DNA of 64,000 bases, taken from the IMG/VR virus record IMGVR_UViG_3300027971_004105, one strand, 5' to 3'. The notes beneath the pieces were generated by a model. That model was given only the letters and a program-made list of their open reading frames with translations, was not told the origin of the DNA and made no database searches. Below, piece after piece: positions 47,709 to 56,487 of the stretch. The translations under genes were made by a program, and so were the position numbers. Position 1 is the first letter of the stretch; the number at the start of each line of letters is the position of its first letter. The DNA is from a virus (taxonomy: Duplodnaviria; Caudoviricetes).

Positions 47709-48592
47709 AAACATTGGTTATAGGATTGGGTATTGGACAATTGTATGTTAGAGTCTTAACACAGTTGGGTCATACAGTATTCACAGTGGATCCTGATCAA
47801 AACAAACAAGCCACATTCACAAATTTAAAAACAGCTCTATTGGCTCATCCCAAATTGGATGCAGTGTTCATATGCACTCCTAATTATACACATGATTCAA
47901 TAGCTCAAACAGTTGCACCACACAGTAGAGTGGTATTTGTAGAAAAACCAGGAGTGCTTAATTCTAAAAGATGGCAGAGTCTTCAACTCACATATCCAAA
48001 CGCTAAATTTATCATGATGAAAAACAATATGTGGCGCACAGTGGAAGAAGAAATGCGTATTAGAATAGATGATGCTGAAGAAGTACACATTAACTGGATC
48101 AATCGCAACAGAGTGCCAGCACCAGGCAGCTGGTTTACTGATAAGAAATTATCATTTGGTGGAGTCAGCAGAGATCTTATGCCACATTTATTGAGTATGT
48201 TCATCTGGTTGAATCCTGATACATATTCTCAATATCAAATAGTTTCTTCCAATCGTAAACAAAATTGGAAATTAAGTGATCTTACTGATACAGAATATGG
48301 TGCAGTAAATTTAGATGGCACATATGATGTGGATGATTGGGCTGAAATGGTGTTCAATAACGGTAAAAAAACATTCAAACTTACTGCTGATTGGCGCAGT
48401 ATGGACAAAGATGACAGAGCACTGCACTGTTATAAAAGAGAAAAATTAATTAAAAGTTTTGAACTAGGATTATGTCCTGAATCAGCTTATGCTGCAATGA
48501 TTCAAGATGTTTTCAATAATATTAACCATGAAGAGTTTTGGAATCAACACAAGCAGTATGATGTGTGGATTCATAATTTAATCAATGACTGA
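47705..48592 (+). CDS. Gfo/Idh/MocA-family oxidoreductase
   Basis: VIGLGIG, VFICTPNYTH, FVEKP, GGVSRDLMPH. Confidence 0.85.
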   Translation: MKTLVIGLGIGQLYVRVLTQLGHTVFTVDPDQNKQATFTNLKTALLAHPKLDAVFICTPNYTHDSIAQTVAPHSRVVFVEKPGVLNSKRWQSLQLTYPNAKFIMMKNNMWRTVEEEMRIRIDDAEEVHINWINRNRVPAPGSWFTDKKLSFGGVSRDLMPHLLSMFIWLNPDTYSQYQIVSSNRKQNWKLSDLTDTEYGAVNLDGTYDVDDWAEMVFNNGKKTFKLTADWRSMDKDDRALHCYKREKLIKSFELGLCPESAYAAMIQDVFNNINHEEFWNQHKQYDVWIHNLIND

Positions 48593-49493
48593 AACTAAAC
48601 TGTTATACACCAAAGGAGATGGCATGTTTCATGAAGGAACCATTGACATTCCTGCAGTGAAAGATAATCAGATTCAAGTAAAAAATATCATGACAGGAGT
48701 ATGTCGCAGTGATGTGGACATGATGTTGGGCAAATTCAAAACATTACCATTAAACATGCAAGGTCATGAAGGATTGGCTCAGGTCACACAAGTGGGTGCT
48801 CATGTGCGAGATGTTCAGGTGGGAGATCATGTGGCTACCAGAGGTGAACCTGCTTATGCTGATATTTACAATTGTGATTTTGAAACTTATGTTAAAGTTC
48901 CCACAGCAGATCCCAAATACATTGTGGAACCTGTGGCATGTGGCATTAATGTGATCAAACAATTTGAAACTGCCATTGCTCACAAAGCCAACTACAACAG
49001 CAGACTGCTGCTGATAGGCAGTGGATTTTTATCCTATGTGGTTTACACCTATCTAAAAATAAAAAATTATCATTTTGATATCACTGTGTTGGGCAATCAC
49101 AACAAACAGTTTTGGGGAGATAAACTCACTCACAATGCTGAAGGCGTGTTTGATGTTATTATAGATTTGAACAACAGATCAGAGGTGTTTGACAAGAACA
49201 TGTTCAACACTGAAGCATTGTTGATACTGGCTGCTGAAAAAACAGAATCTATTCGCACTAATTTTGCTGATTTATTATGGAATGCTGTAACAGTAGGCTT
49301 TCCAAGTCCTAGAAATAAAAAATTTATAGAGTGCATGCGTGAAGCAGTGGAATTAATCTCTGCAGGCAAACTAGATGTGTCCAATTTTTGGACCAAAGGT
49401 TACAGCAGAAGCACAGAGTGGAACAATGCATTTGCAGATGCTACAAATAGAAAAAATGGCTATGCCAGAGGGTATATAGATTGGAGAAAATAA
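48585..49493 (+). CDS. MDR (Zn-alcohol/sugar dehydrogenase-like) oxidoreductase
   Basis: GVCRSD, GHEGLA.V..VG, VGDHV, VEPVACG, IGSG. Confidence 0.82.
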   Translation: MTETKLLYTKGDGMFHEGTIDIPAVKDNQIQVKNIMTGVCRSDVDMMLGKFKTLPLNMQGHEGLAQVTQVGAHVRDVQVGDHVATRGEPAYADIYNCDFETYVKVPTADPKYIVEPVACGINVIKQFETAIAHKANYNSRLLLIGSGFLSYVVYTYLKIKNYHFDITVLGNHNKQFWGDKLTHNAEGVFDVIIDLNNRSEVFDKNMFNTEALLILAAEKTESIRTNFADLLWNAVTVGFPSPRNKKFIECMREAVELISAGKLDVSNFWTKGYSRSTEWNNAFADATNRKNGYARGYIDWRK

Positions 49494-50014
49494 TGTTGGA
49501 CACACAATCGAGAAAAAAAGTAAAATTTTTCATAGGCAAAGAAGTGGAGAACACTGCTATGAAACATCAAATAACTTTATTTGTGGTGGGTGTACAAAAC
49601 GTGGTGGACATTGTGAGGTATACTCAAAAAACTGCTGTGGCACACGTGTATTTAGGCACCAGTCAAAGTTTTACTCCAGAGACAGAAGAAGATTGGAGAG
49701 ATTGGAACAATATTATTAACAAATTATTAGATTTGGGTCTTTGGGTCACATTGGATTATGATGTGCAATATGCAGAAATGGTATCAAGAATGAATTGGCA
49801 TAAGAACCATCATTTTATCAATATGATATCTGTGAAAATACCCAACATCAAAACATTCAACTCAAACACAGTGATCAAACTGGATGACGTCACGTGGGGT
49901 GCTACCAATACAGGAGTTTGGACACATGATTTGGACAAATTGATGACCAAAAAAACCTATACAGATTGGAGTGAATACAAGGGCGATTATCCTGTGGACA
50001 TTGACAAGCATTGA
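49493..50014 (+). CDS. Hypothetical protein in the modification cluster
   Basis: Coupled start (TAATG); FFIGKEVE, VKIPNI, KLDD. Confidence 0.6.
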   Translation: MLDTQSRKKVKFFIGKEVENTAMKHQITLFVVGVQNVVDIVRYTQKTAVAHVYLGTSQSFTPETEEDWRDWNNIINKLLDLGLWVTLDYDVQYAEMVSRMNWHKNHHFINMISVKIPNIKTFNSNTVIKLDDVTWGATNTGVWTHDLDKLMTKKTYTDWSEYKGDYPVDIDKH

Positions 50015-50042
50015 AAAGGTTGTTATACTATAAACCTAAATA
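50001..50042 (+). promoter_or_regulatory. Tandem sigma70-like and late-type promoters
   Basis: TTGACA 50001-06, 17 nt, TATACT 50024-29; CTAAATA 50036-42. Confidence 0.65.
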
Positions 50043-50051
50043 CTGAAACAC

Positions 50052-50453
50052 ATGAGCATTATGAAATCTAAAATTTGGGTAACATTTCGCAGAGAAGGCA
50101 CGCACAAATATCCTGCAGCATTAACAGATCCAAAATTAAAAACTGGTGACGAATATGATGTGAGTTTTTTGGGTTATCCTCACAGACACATATTTCATTT
50201 TCGAGTGGCTATTGAAGTATTTCATGATGACCGAGACATTGAGTTTATACAGTTTAAAAGATGGTTGGAAAACTTATATGGCAAAGGCACATTAGAGTTG
50301 GATTATAAAAGTTGTGAAATGATTGGCGCTGATCTTTATCAACAGATCAATTCAAGATATCCCAATAGAGAAGTCACAATAGACGTGAGCGAAGATGGTG
50401 AGAACGGTGCCACAATGACGTGGGCAGCCAATTCATCCATAACAATCAACTAG
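50052..50453 (+). CDS. dpdL: QueD-like T-fold protein (DpdL-like)
   Basis: LGYPHRHIF (LxxxHRHxF) in place of CxxxHGH; DRDIEF, SCEMI, VSEDGENG. Confidence 0.6.
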   Translation: MSIMKSKIWVTFRREGTHKYPAALTDPKLKTGDEYDVSFLGYPHRHIFHFRVAIEVFHDDRDIEFIQFKRWLENLYGKGTLELDYKSCEMIGADLYQQINSRYPNREVTIDVSEDGENGATMTWAANSSITIN

Positions 50454-50461
50454 GGCGGGCC

Positions 50462-51553
50462 ATGAAGATTTACATTGTGGATCTAGAAGAAGTAGAAACT
50501 AGATATACCAAACAATGGAAAAAATATCTACCCATTCAATTAAAAAGACACACCAATAATGAAATCCAAGTGATCAGCGGAGGAGATGCTGTGAAAAGTA
50601 CCACCCCGGGTGCTTTTTTAAACTTTGGATTCACCAACATGTACAAAAGCAGACAATTAGAACAGATTGCTGAAATGTTCTGTGCGGGAGATATCAAAGA
50701 TGGTGATTATTTCTTATACACTGATGCTTGGAATCCCACAGTACTGCAACTCAAGTACATGGCAGAATTATTAAATGTAAAAATTAAAATAGGTGGCATG
50801 TGGCACGCAGGATCATATGATCCACAAGACTTTTTGGGCAGACTGATAGGTGATAAACCTTGGGTGCGTCTGGCTGAACGCAGCATGTTTGAATCATTTG
50901 ATCACAATTACTTTGCCACTGATTTTCATATTGATATGTTCTTACACAATTTGATGGATCTAGGCAGACTGGCTGACAAAGAAACAGTAGCAGAAATGTT
51001 TCACACAGGCAAAATAGTGAGATCGGGATGGCCTATGGAATATTTGGATGCTGACTTGACTGGTTATAAAAATATTGAAAAAAAGAATATTATTCTTTTC
51101 CCGCATAGATTGGCTCCGGAAAAACAACACAACATATTTCAAGATTTGGCAAAAGAAATGCCACAGTATGAATTTGTCACTTGTTTGGATCGTTGCCAGT
51201 CAAAAAATGACTATCACAATCTTTTAGCAGAAGCCAAATTGATTTTCAGTGCTAATTTACAAGAAACATTAGGAATCAGTTGGTATGAAGGTGCAGTATT
51301 AGGAGTTATTCCAATGATTCCTGATCGTTTAAGTTACAAAGAAATGGCTCAAGAAGAATTCAAATATCCTTCGGAATGGACAGAATCTTTTGAACTGTAT
51401 AAGAAACACAAAGATTTGTTAAAAGCAAGAATAGATGACTACATGATCAACTACAAAAAGTATGCTCCATTGGTACACAAACAAAAAATATCATTGGCAG
51501 AAAACTTTTTTAGTGGCAAACAACTTTACCAAAGGATTACAAATGGAAAATAA
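50462..51553 (+). CDS. GT-B fold glycosyltransferase
   Basis: Start MKIYIVDLE; MWHAG, FPHRLAPEK, ETLGISWYEG, PDRLSY.E. Confidence 0.75.
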   Translation: MKIYIVDLEEVETRYTKQWKKYLPIQLKRHTNNEIQVISGGDAVKSTTPGAFLNFGFTNMYKSRQLEQIAEMFCAGDIKDGDYFLYTDAWNPTVLQLKYMAELLNVKIKIGGMWHAGSYDPQDFLGRLIGDKPWVRLAERSMFESFDHNYFATDFHIDMFLHNLMDLGRLADKETVAEMFHTGKIVRSGWPMEYLDADLTGYKNIEKKNIILFPHRLAPEKQHNIFQDLAKEMPQYEFVTCLDRCQSKNDYHNLLAEAKLIFSANLQETLGISWYEGAVLGVIPMIPDRLSYKEMAQEEFKYPSEWTESFELYKKHKDLLKARIDDYMINYKKYAPLVHKQKISLAENFFSGKQLYQRITNGK

Positions 51554-51914
51554 AACTTTAGAACAAAATCAACCAGACAGCACAACGTATAAAGTAGATA
51601 TAAACTATCAAGCAAATGTGGGCACAAATAACATTGTGGCCAGCACAGTGAGCGTGCCATATGGATTTGGTGGATCAGGCAATGGTGTTACTACCACAGG
51701 CATAGATTTTGAAGCAGATGCAATGAAAGGTATAAACTTTGAGGATTACAAACTGCCTATTATGTTTGAGGATATCATGCCTGAAATGCACAAAATAAAA
51801 GAAATGTGTGAGTTGTATCCGTCATTGGATATTGCTTTTCAAAAATTTAAAAATGTTTACAATATTGTGATAGATGATTATGACAATAAAATGCAACTGA
51901 AAATGCCTTTTTAA
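51543..51914 (+). CDS. Hypothetical protein
   Basis: Start reassigned to MENKTLEQ. Confidence 0.55.
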   Translation: MENKTLEQNQPDSTTYKVDINYQANVGTNNIVASTVSVPYGFGGSGNGVTTTGIDFEADAMKGINFEDYKLPIMFEDIMPEMHKIKEMCELYPSLDIAFQKFKNVYNIVIDDYDNKMQLKMPF

Positions 51915-51915
51915 T

Positions 51916-52371
51916 ATGGAAACAGCCAATAAAAATTATTTTACCATGATCCAGATGCGTGCAGCTCTGCTGAATATACATCAGCAATTGACTGAACAAC
52001 AATGGCAACCTCAGGTAATATTAGGATTAAACAGAGGAGGATGTATTCCTGCTATCTATTTGTCACACAAATTGGATGTTCCTCATCATGTGTTAAATGT
52101 AAGTTTACGAGATCATGCTGATACTCCTGATTTACACACATTGGAAAAAGTATATGCTTGGCAAAAAAGAGTATTGATAGTGGATGATATCAATGATACA
52201 GGTGCCACATTTAATTATATTATGAATAACTTTGGCAAACCAGAAAGATTAAAGTTTGCTGTGATATTGCACAACACAGTGAGCACCTACAAAGATATAG
52301 ATTACAAAGGTTATGAAATCAACAAACTGGAAGATCCACGTTGGATAGTGTTTCCTTGGGAGCAATGGTAG
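51916..52371 (+). CDS. Purine phosphoribosyltransferase (type I PRTase)
   Basis: ILGLNRGG, VLIVDDINDTGAT (PRPP loop), WIVFPWE. Confidence 0.85.
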   Translation: METANKNYFTMIQMRAALLNIHQQLTEQQWQPQVILGLNRGGCIPAIYLSHKLDVPHHVLNVSLRDHADTPDLHTLEKVYAWQKRVLIVDDINDTGATFNYIMNNFGKPERLKFAVILHNTVSTYKDIDYKGYEINKLEDPRWIVFPWEQW

Positions 52372-52372
52372 T

Positions 52373-52750
52373 ATGGAAAAAATTGACACTTTGAATCAAG
52401 CTCAAAAAGAAGGCAGAACTCCTTGGACCAAAGTGATATATGATTTGAAAGATTGTGTGTGGTATGAGGATGGATATCCTGTGACAGAAGGACATGCATT
52501 GTTGGTACCCAAACAAGCCAGTCAAAATATGATTGTGAAATGTTTTGAATTAGCATTGAAAATTGGCAATGAAAATATTGCCAAAGGGTTGATTGACGGC
52601 TACAACATAGGTATCAACATGGGCGAGGCAGCAGGTCAAACTGTTCCTTATCCGCATGTTCATTTGATTCCAAGACGCAAGGGTGACATGGAAGATCCTA
52701 GGGGTGGTGTGCGTCATGTGATCCCTCACAAAGGAAATTATAAAAAATGA
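52373..52750 (+). CDS. HIT-family nucleotide hydrolase
   Basis: YPVTEGHALLVPK, YNIGINMGEAAGQTVPYPHVHLIPR. Confidence 0.9.
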   Translation: MEKIDTLNQAQKEGRTPWTKVIYDLKDCVWYEDGYPVTEGHALLVPKQASQNMIVKCFELALKIGNENIAKGLIDGYNIGINMGEAAGQTVPYPHVHLIPRRKGDMEDPRGGVRHVIPHKGNYKK

Positions 52751-53574
52751 GCAGAGCACTTTTCATAGGAGACAGTCACACTTGTGGATATGTCACTGTG
52801 CCTAACAAAACAGGTCCAGGCAGTTATACCTATTGGAATGATAACAACTATGCTGAAATTTACAACACAGTGAACGATAAACCCGTGAGTATCTATGCAC
52901 ATGCTGGAACAACTAATAGAATGTACACTGATTGGATGAAACACATGTTTAACACATTTCCAGACACCGATGAAGTTTTTCTTTGTTTGGCTCCATTGAA
53001 TAGATTTGTGTTGGCTTTTGATGAGAAACTCACAGATGAAGCACTGCCTTTGGATTATTTTGTGCATGAATGTGTGGAAAGCACACCCACAGTAAAAAAG
53101 TATATGGATCTATTGGTCAAAGAAGGCAGAGTGCAATTGTACAACAAACCCACAGCAGAAGATTATGAAAAGTTTCCAGGTTTAAAAATTTCTGAAACAG
53201 ATGGATTGCAACAACCAGACGTAAGAAAAAACACATTTATGGAGATAAAATTATTTTTTGAATTGAACACACATTTGGAAAGACGTGATTTTTTATTGAA
53301 TGTGTTTGCTTGGGATAGAATCTGTGCTGAAAACAATGCCAAACTTTATGTGTTTAATTTTATGAATAGATTGAAATGGCCCAAGAGTTTGGAATATTAC
53401 GGTGCATTAAAAAATACCACAGTAGCAGAAAAAACTGTTGAGCAATATATGTTGGACAATGGTATTGATCCTCAAAAATATTTGCTGCATGACAAAGAAC
53501 ATTACAATACAGAATATCACAAAACGATTGTGGAAAAATACATACCATGGATAAAAAATCAAAAAAAATCCTAA
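52747..53574 (+). CDS. SGNH/GDSL-like protein
   Basis: FIGDSH, AGTTN, C-terminal DKEHY. Confidence 0.5.
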   Translation: MSRALFIGDSHTCGYVTVPNKTGPGSYTYWNDNNYAEIYNTVNDKPVSIYAHAGTTNRMYTDWMKHMFNTFPDTDEVFLCLAPLNRFVLAFDEKLTDEALPLDYFVHECVESTPTVKKYMDLLVKEGRVQLYNKPTAEDYEKFPGLKISETDGLQQPDVRKNTFMEIKLFFELNTHLERRDFLLNVFAWDRICAENNAKLYVFNFMNRLKWPKSLEYYGALKNTTVAEKTVEQYMLDNGIDPQKYLLHDKEHYNTEYHKTIVEKYIPWIKNQKKS

Positions 53575-54164
53575 TCATTGGTGATAGTTTTGCTTGTGAG
53601 TGGCCCAATGGCCTTGCTGGATGGCCCGCTCAGTTGGCTCAACAACATGATGTGACCAATTTGGCTCAGGCAGGTGTGGGCGAATATAAAATATTAAGAC
53701 AACTGCTAAACTTTACCAAAGAAAATCCTTGGTGGCAGCATGACTATGATTGTGTGATTGTGTGTCATACCAGTCCCAGCAGAGTACACACTCCCGTTCA
53801 TCCCATACACAAACAAGGACTGCACAAAGATTGTGATCTCATATGGAATGACATTGAATCTCGCAACAGTTGGTTCAATAAAAGTTTAGACACTGCTAAA
53901 AATTGGTTCAAGTATCACTATGATGATCAATACCAAAAAGACATCTACAGATTGATACGCAGAGATATCAACAGAAAACTGGAGCAAATCACCAGTTTAC
54001 ACATAGATAATTTTGGTATCAGTAACCATTTTGTTGAGGAACAGAATCTGTTGGACTTCAGTATGATCTGGCCTAACTACAGAGGAGAAATTAATCATTA
54101 CAATGATGAAGGAAACCAAATTGTTTTGGCACAAATCATTGACAAACTGGAACAAATCTGTTAA
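53547..54164 (+). CDS. SGNH/GDSL-like protein
   Basis: IIGDSF, TNLAQAGVG, NHY..EGN. Confidence 0.55.
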   Translation: MDKKSKKILIIGDSFACEWPNGLAGWPAQLAQQHDVTNLAQAGVGEYKILRQLLNFTKENPWWQHDYDCVIVCHTSPSRVHTPVHPIHKQGLHKDCDLIWNDIESRNSWFNKSLDTAKNWFKYHYDDQYQKDIYRLIRRDINRKLEQITSLHIDNFGISNHFVEEQNLLDFSMIWPNYRGEINHYNDEGNQIVLAQIIDKLEQIC

Positions 54165-54167
54165 AAT
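54139..54167 (+). promoter_or_regulatory. sigma70-like promoter for folE-queE
   Basis: TTGACA-17-TAAAAT. Confidence 0.65.
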
Positions 54168-54187
54168 AATACAATATAAGGAGTATA

Positions 54188-54874
54188 ATGAAAGTATCAG
54201 AAAAGATTAAACAAAGACTGATTGCGGCTGGCGTGAACTATCATGCTGATGACAATATTTCAGCCTACATCGAAAAAGATGAATTGTCTCTGCTGGAACA
54301 AGAATTAACAGAATCATTCCGATCTGTGCTAAACAGTCTTGTGATTGATACTGACAATGATCCTAATAGTAAAAACACAGCACATAGATTGGCCAAAATG
54401 TATTTGACAGAAATCATGAGCGGAAGATATGAATCTAGACCCGATGCCACAGCATTTCCCAATGTGGGAGGAAATGCTTACACAGGCATGTTGGTGGTGC
54501 GTAGTGAATTAAAATCTATCTGCAGTCATCATCATCAACCAGTGAGCGGTGTGGCGTATATTGGAATCATACCCAATGGCAAAGTGATAGGATTGAGCAA
54601 ATACACAAGAATAGCACAATGGTGTGCTAGAAGAGGCACACTGCAAGAGTCTTTGTGCAATGACATAGCACATGAAATTGAAATGGCCACTGGCAGCAGA
54701 AACATAGGTGTTTACATACAAGCCACACATGGCTGTTGTGAAAACCGAGGCATAATGGCACACAGTTCATTGACTCAGACCACTGTGTTAAAAGGTGCTT
54801 TCAAAGATGATGCTGGCACTAAAAAAGAATTTATGGATAATATTAACCTGCAACAACAATTTGCACCAAGATAG
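54188..54874 (+). CDS. folE: GTP cyclohydrolase I
   Basis: TAHRLAKMY, SICSHH, GLSKYTR, LQE, HGCCENRG. Confidence 0.93.
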   Translation: MKVSEKIKQRLIAAGVNYHADDNISAYIEKDELSLLEQELTESFRSVLNSLVIDTDNDPNSKNTAHRLAKMYLTEIMSGRYESRPDATAFPNVGGNAYTGMLVVRSELKSICSHHHQPVSGVAYIGIIPNGKVIGLSKYTRIAQWCARRGTLQESLCNDIAHEIEMATGSRNIGVYIQATHGCCENRGIMAHSSLTQTTVLKGAFKDDAGTKKEFMDNINLQQQFAPR

Positions 54875-54883
54875 GAGACACAG

Positions 54884-55087
54884 ATGACCAATAAAGAAGG
54901 ACCATTTTACGCAGCATTCGGAGGTGATACCACAGGTATTATCAAACAAGAATTAATCACTTACAAAGTTAAAGATGGTGTGCTGTACAAAGAAACAGTG
55001 AAGAGAGATTATCACAGCCAAGGAGATTACATTGATTCATGTGAGTCAATTCCTTTGAAAGAAAACAAACATGAACATACAGCCTAA
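54884..55087 (+). CDS. Small hypothetical protein
   Basis: SD AGGAG; 67 aa. Confidence 0.6.
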   Translation: MTNKEGPFYAAFGGDTTGIIKQELITYKVKDGVLYKETVKRDYHSQGDYIDSCESIPLKENKHEHTA

Positions 55088-55238
55088 AGACACCAGTAAA
55101 GGTCATTTCTATGTGTCACTAATCAAGAGTGCATTTAGAATCATTGCAGGCATTAGTTTAATATTTGGTAACTTTATTACTGCTGGATTTTTATTCATAC
55201 TGGCAGAATTATTAGGAGTGGTAGAGGAATTAGTATAA
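55071..55238 (+). CDS. 55-aa membrane protein (not in the ORF track)
   Basis: MNIQPKDTSKGHFYVSLIKSAFRIIAGISLIFGNFITAGFLFILAELLGVVEELV; stop overlaps the queE ATG. Confidence 0.62.
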   Translation: MNIQPKDTSKGHFYVSLIKSAFRIIAGISLIFGNFITAGFLFILAELLGVVEELV

Positions 55239-56098
55239 TGAGCAAAATTAAAATAGCAGAATTATTTTACAGCATACAAGGAGAAGGCAGGTACATGGGT
55301 GTGCCTTCAGTGTTCTTGAGAACATTTGGCTGCAACTTTACTTGTGCTGGCTTTGGTTTGCCTCGAGGCATGCGTAGTGATGAGAATGACAAAGTATTTG
55401 AACAGCACAAACAATTTCCTTTTAAAAGCTATGAAGAATTGCCATTGGTGAACACAGGCTGTGATTCGTATGCATCTTGGGATCCTCGATTCAAAGATTT
55501 ATCTCCCATGCTGACATCAGATGCTATTGTGGAAAGAACAATGGAAATATTGCCACACAAACAATGGGTGGATGAACATTTTATATTCACAGGCGGTGAA
55601 CCATTGCTGGGTTGGCAACGTGCTTATCCAGATGTATTGGAACATGCAAAGATGCAGGCTTTAAAAGAGATCACTTTTGAAACCAATGGCACACAAAAAC
55701 TACACAAAGATTTTAAAGATTATTTGACTCAATGGAATCAGAAGAATGGTAGAACTAAAGAATCCATATCATTCTCTGTGAGTGCAAAATTAAGTGTGAG
55801 CGGAGAAAAACGTGAAGAAGCTATACTGCCTGAAGTGGTGGCAGAATATGGAGATGTAGGGCATGTGTATTTGAAATTTGTGGTGGCCACCAAGGAAGAT
55901 GCTGATGAGGCATTCCAAGCAGTGGCTGATTATCGTAAAGCAGGATTCTCGGGATCAGTTTATTTGATGCCTGTGGGTGGAGTAGAAAGTGTCTATCATA
56001 TGAACAATAGAACAGTGGCAGAACTGGCAATGAAGATGGGATATAGATACAGTGATAGATTACAGGTGCCATTGTTTAAAAACGCATGGGGTACATAA
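55238..56098 (+). CDS. queE: 7-carboxy-7-deazaguanine synthase (radical SAM)
   Basis: ELFYSIQGEG, FLRTFGCNFTC...GCDS, FTGGEP, ETNG, SVSAK, RLQV. Confidence 0.88.
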   Translation: MSKIKIAELFYSIQGEGRYMGVPSVFLRTFGCNFTCAGFGLPRGMRSDENDKVFEQHKQFPFKSYEELPLVNTGCDSYASWDPRFKDLSPMLTSDAIVERTMEILPHKQWVDEHFIFTGGEPLLGWQRAYPDVLEHAKMQALKEITFETNGTQKLHKDFKDYLTQWNQKNGRTKESISFSVSAKLSVSGEKREEAILPEVVAEYGDVGHVYLKFVVATKEDADEAFQAVADYRKAGFSGSVYLMPVGGVESVYHMNNRTVAELAMKMGYRYSDRLQVPLFKNAWGT

Positions 56099-56487
56099 TG
56101 GAGAAAAAAGATATGGGAATATTTGATAAAGTTAAAAAAATATTTAAAAAAGAAGACACAACAGAAAACAAAAGCGAATCACATCAAGCATTGTTGCGTG
56201 AAAAAGAAGCAGCAACCAAAGAAGGCAAGCCTTGGGTGGCAGTGTTGGAGACTCACGTGAACAAAGAAAACATCAGAAATGGATTTTTTGAACTGGATTG
56301 GAACAATGCTTTCATAGAGGATTTATTAGATGCAGGTTACAAAGGTGAAACCAATGAAGAAATAGTGGAAGGTTGGTTTAGAGAAGTCACTAGAAACGTG
56401 CTGAAGGATCAAGGACAGGACGCCACACGTGATGCTGGATACATCAATGTGAACAAATTAGGAAAAGATAGATCGGAAATCAGTTAA
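56098..56487 (+). CDS. Hypothetical protein
   Basis: Coupled start; GFFELDWN motif. Confidence 0.6.
   Translation: MEKKDMGIFDKVKKIFKKEDTTENKSESHQALLREKEAATKEGKPWVAVLETHVNKENIRNGFFELDWNNAFIEDLLDAGYKGETNEEIVEGWFREVTRNVLKDQGQDATRDAGYINVNKLGKDRSEIS

Noticed and set aside
46049-56098. Complete queuosine tRNA pathway as an auxiliary metabolic function
   Set aside because: No queC, queF, queA or queG here, and the TGT-like protein lacks the tRNA-TGT Zn motif; DNA modification fits better, though the rest of the genome is unseen
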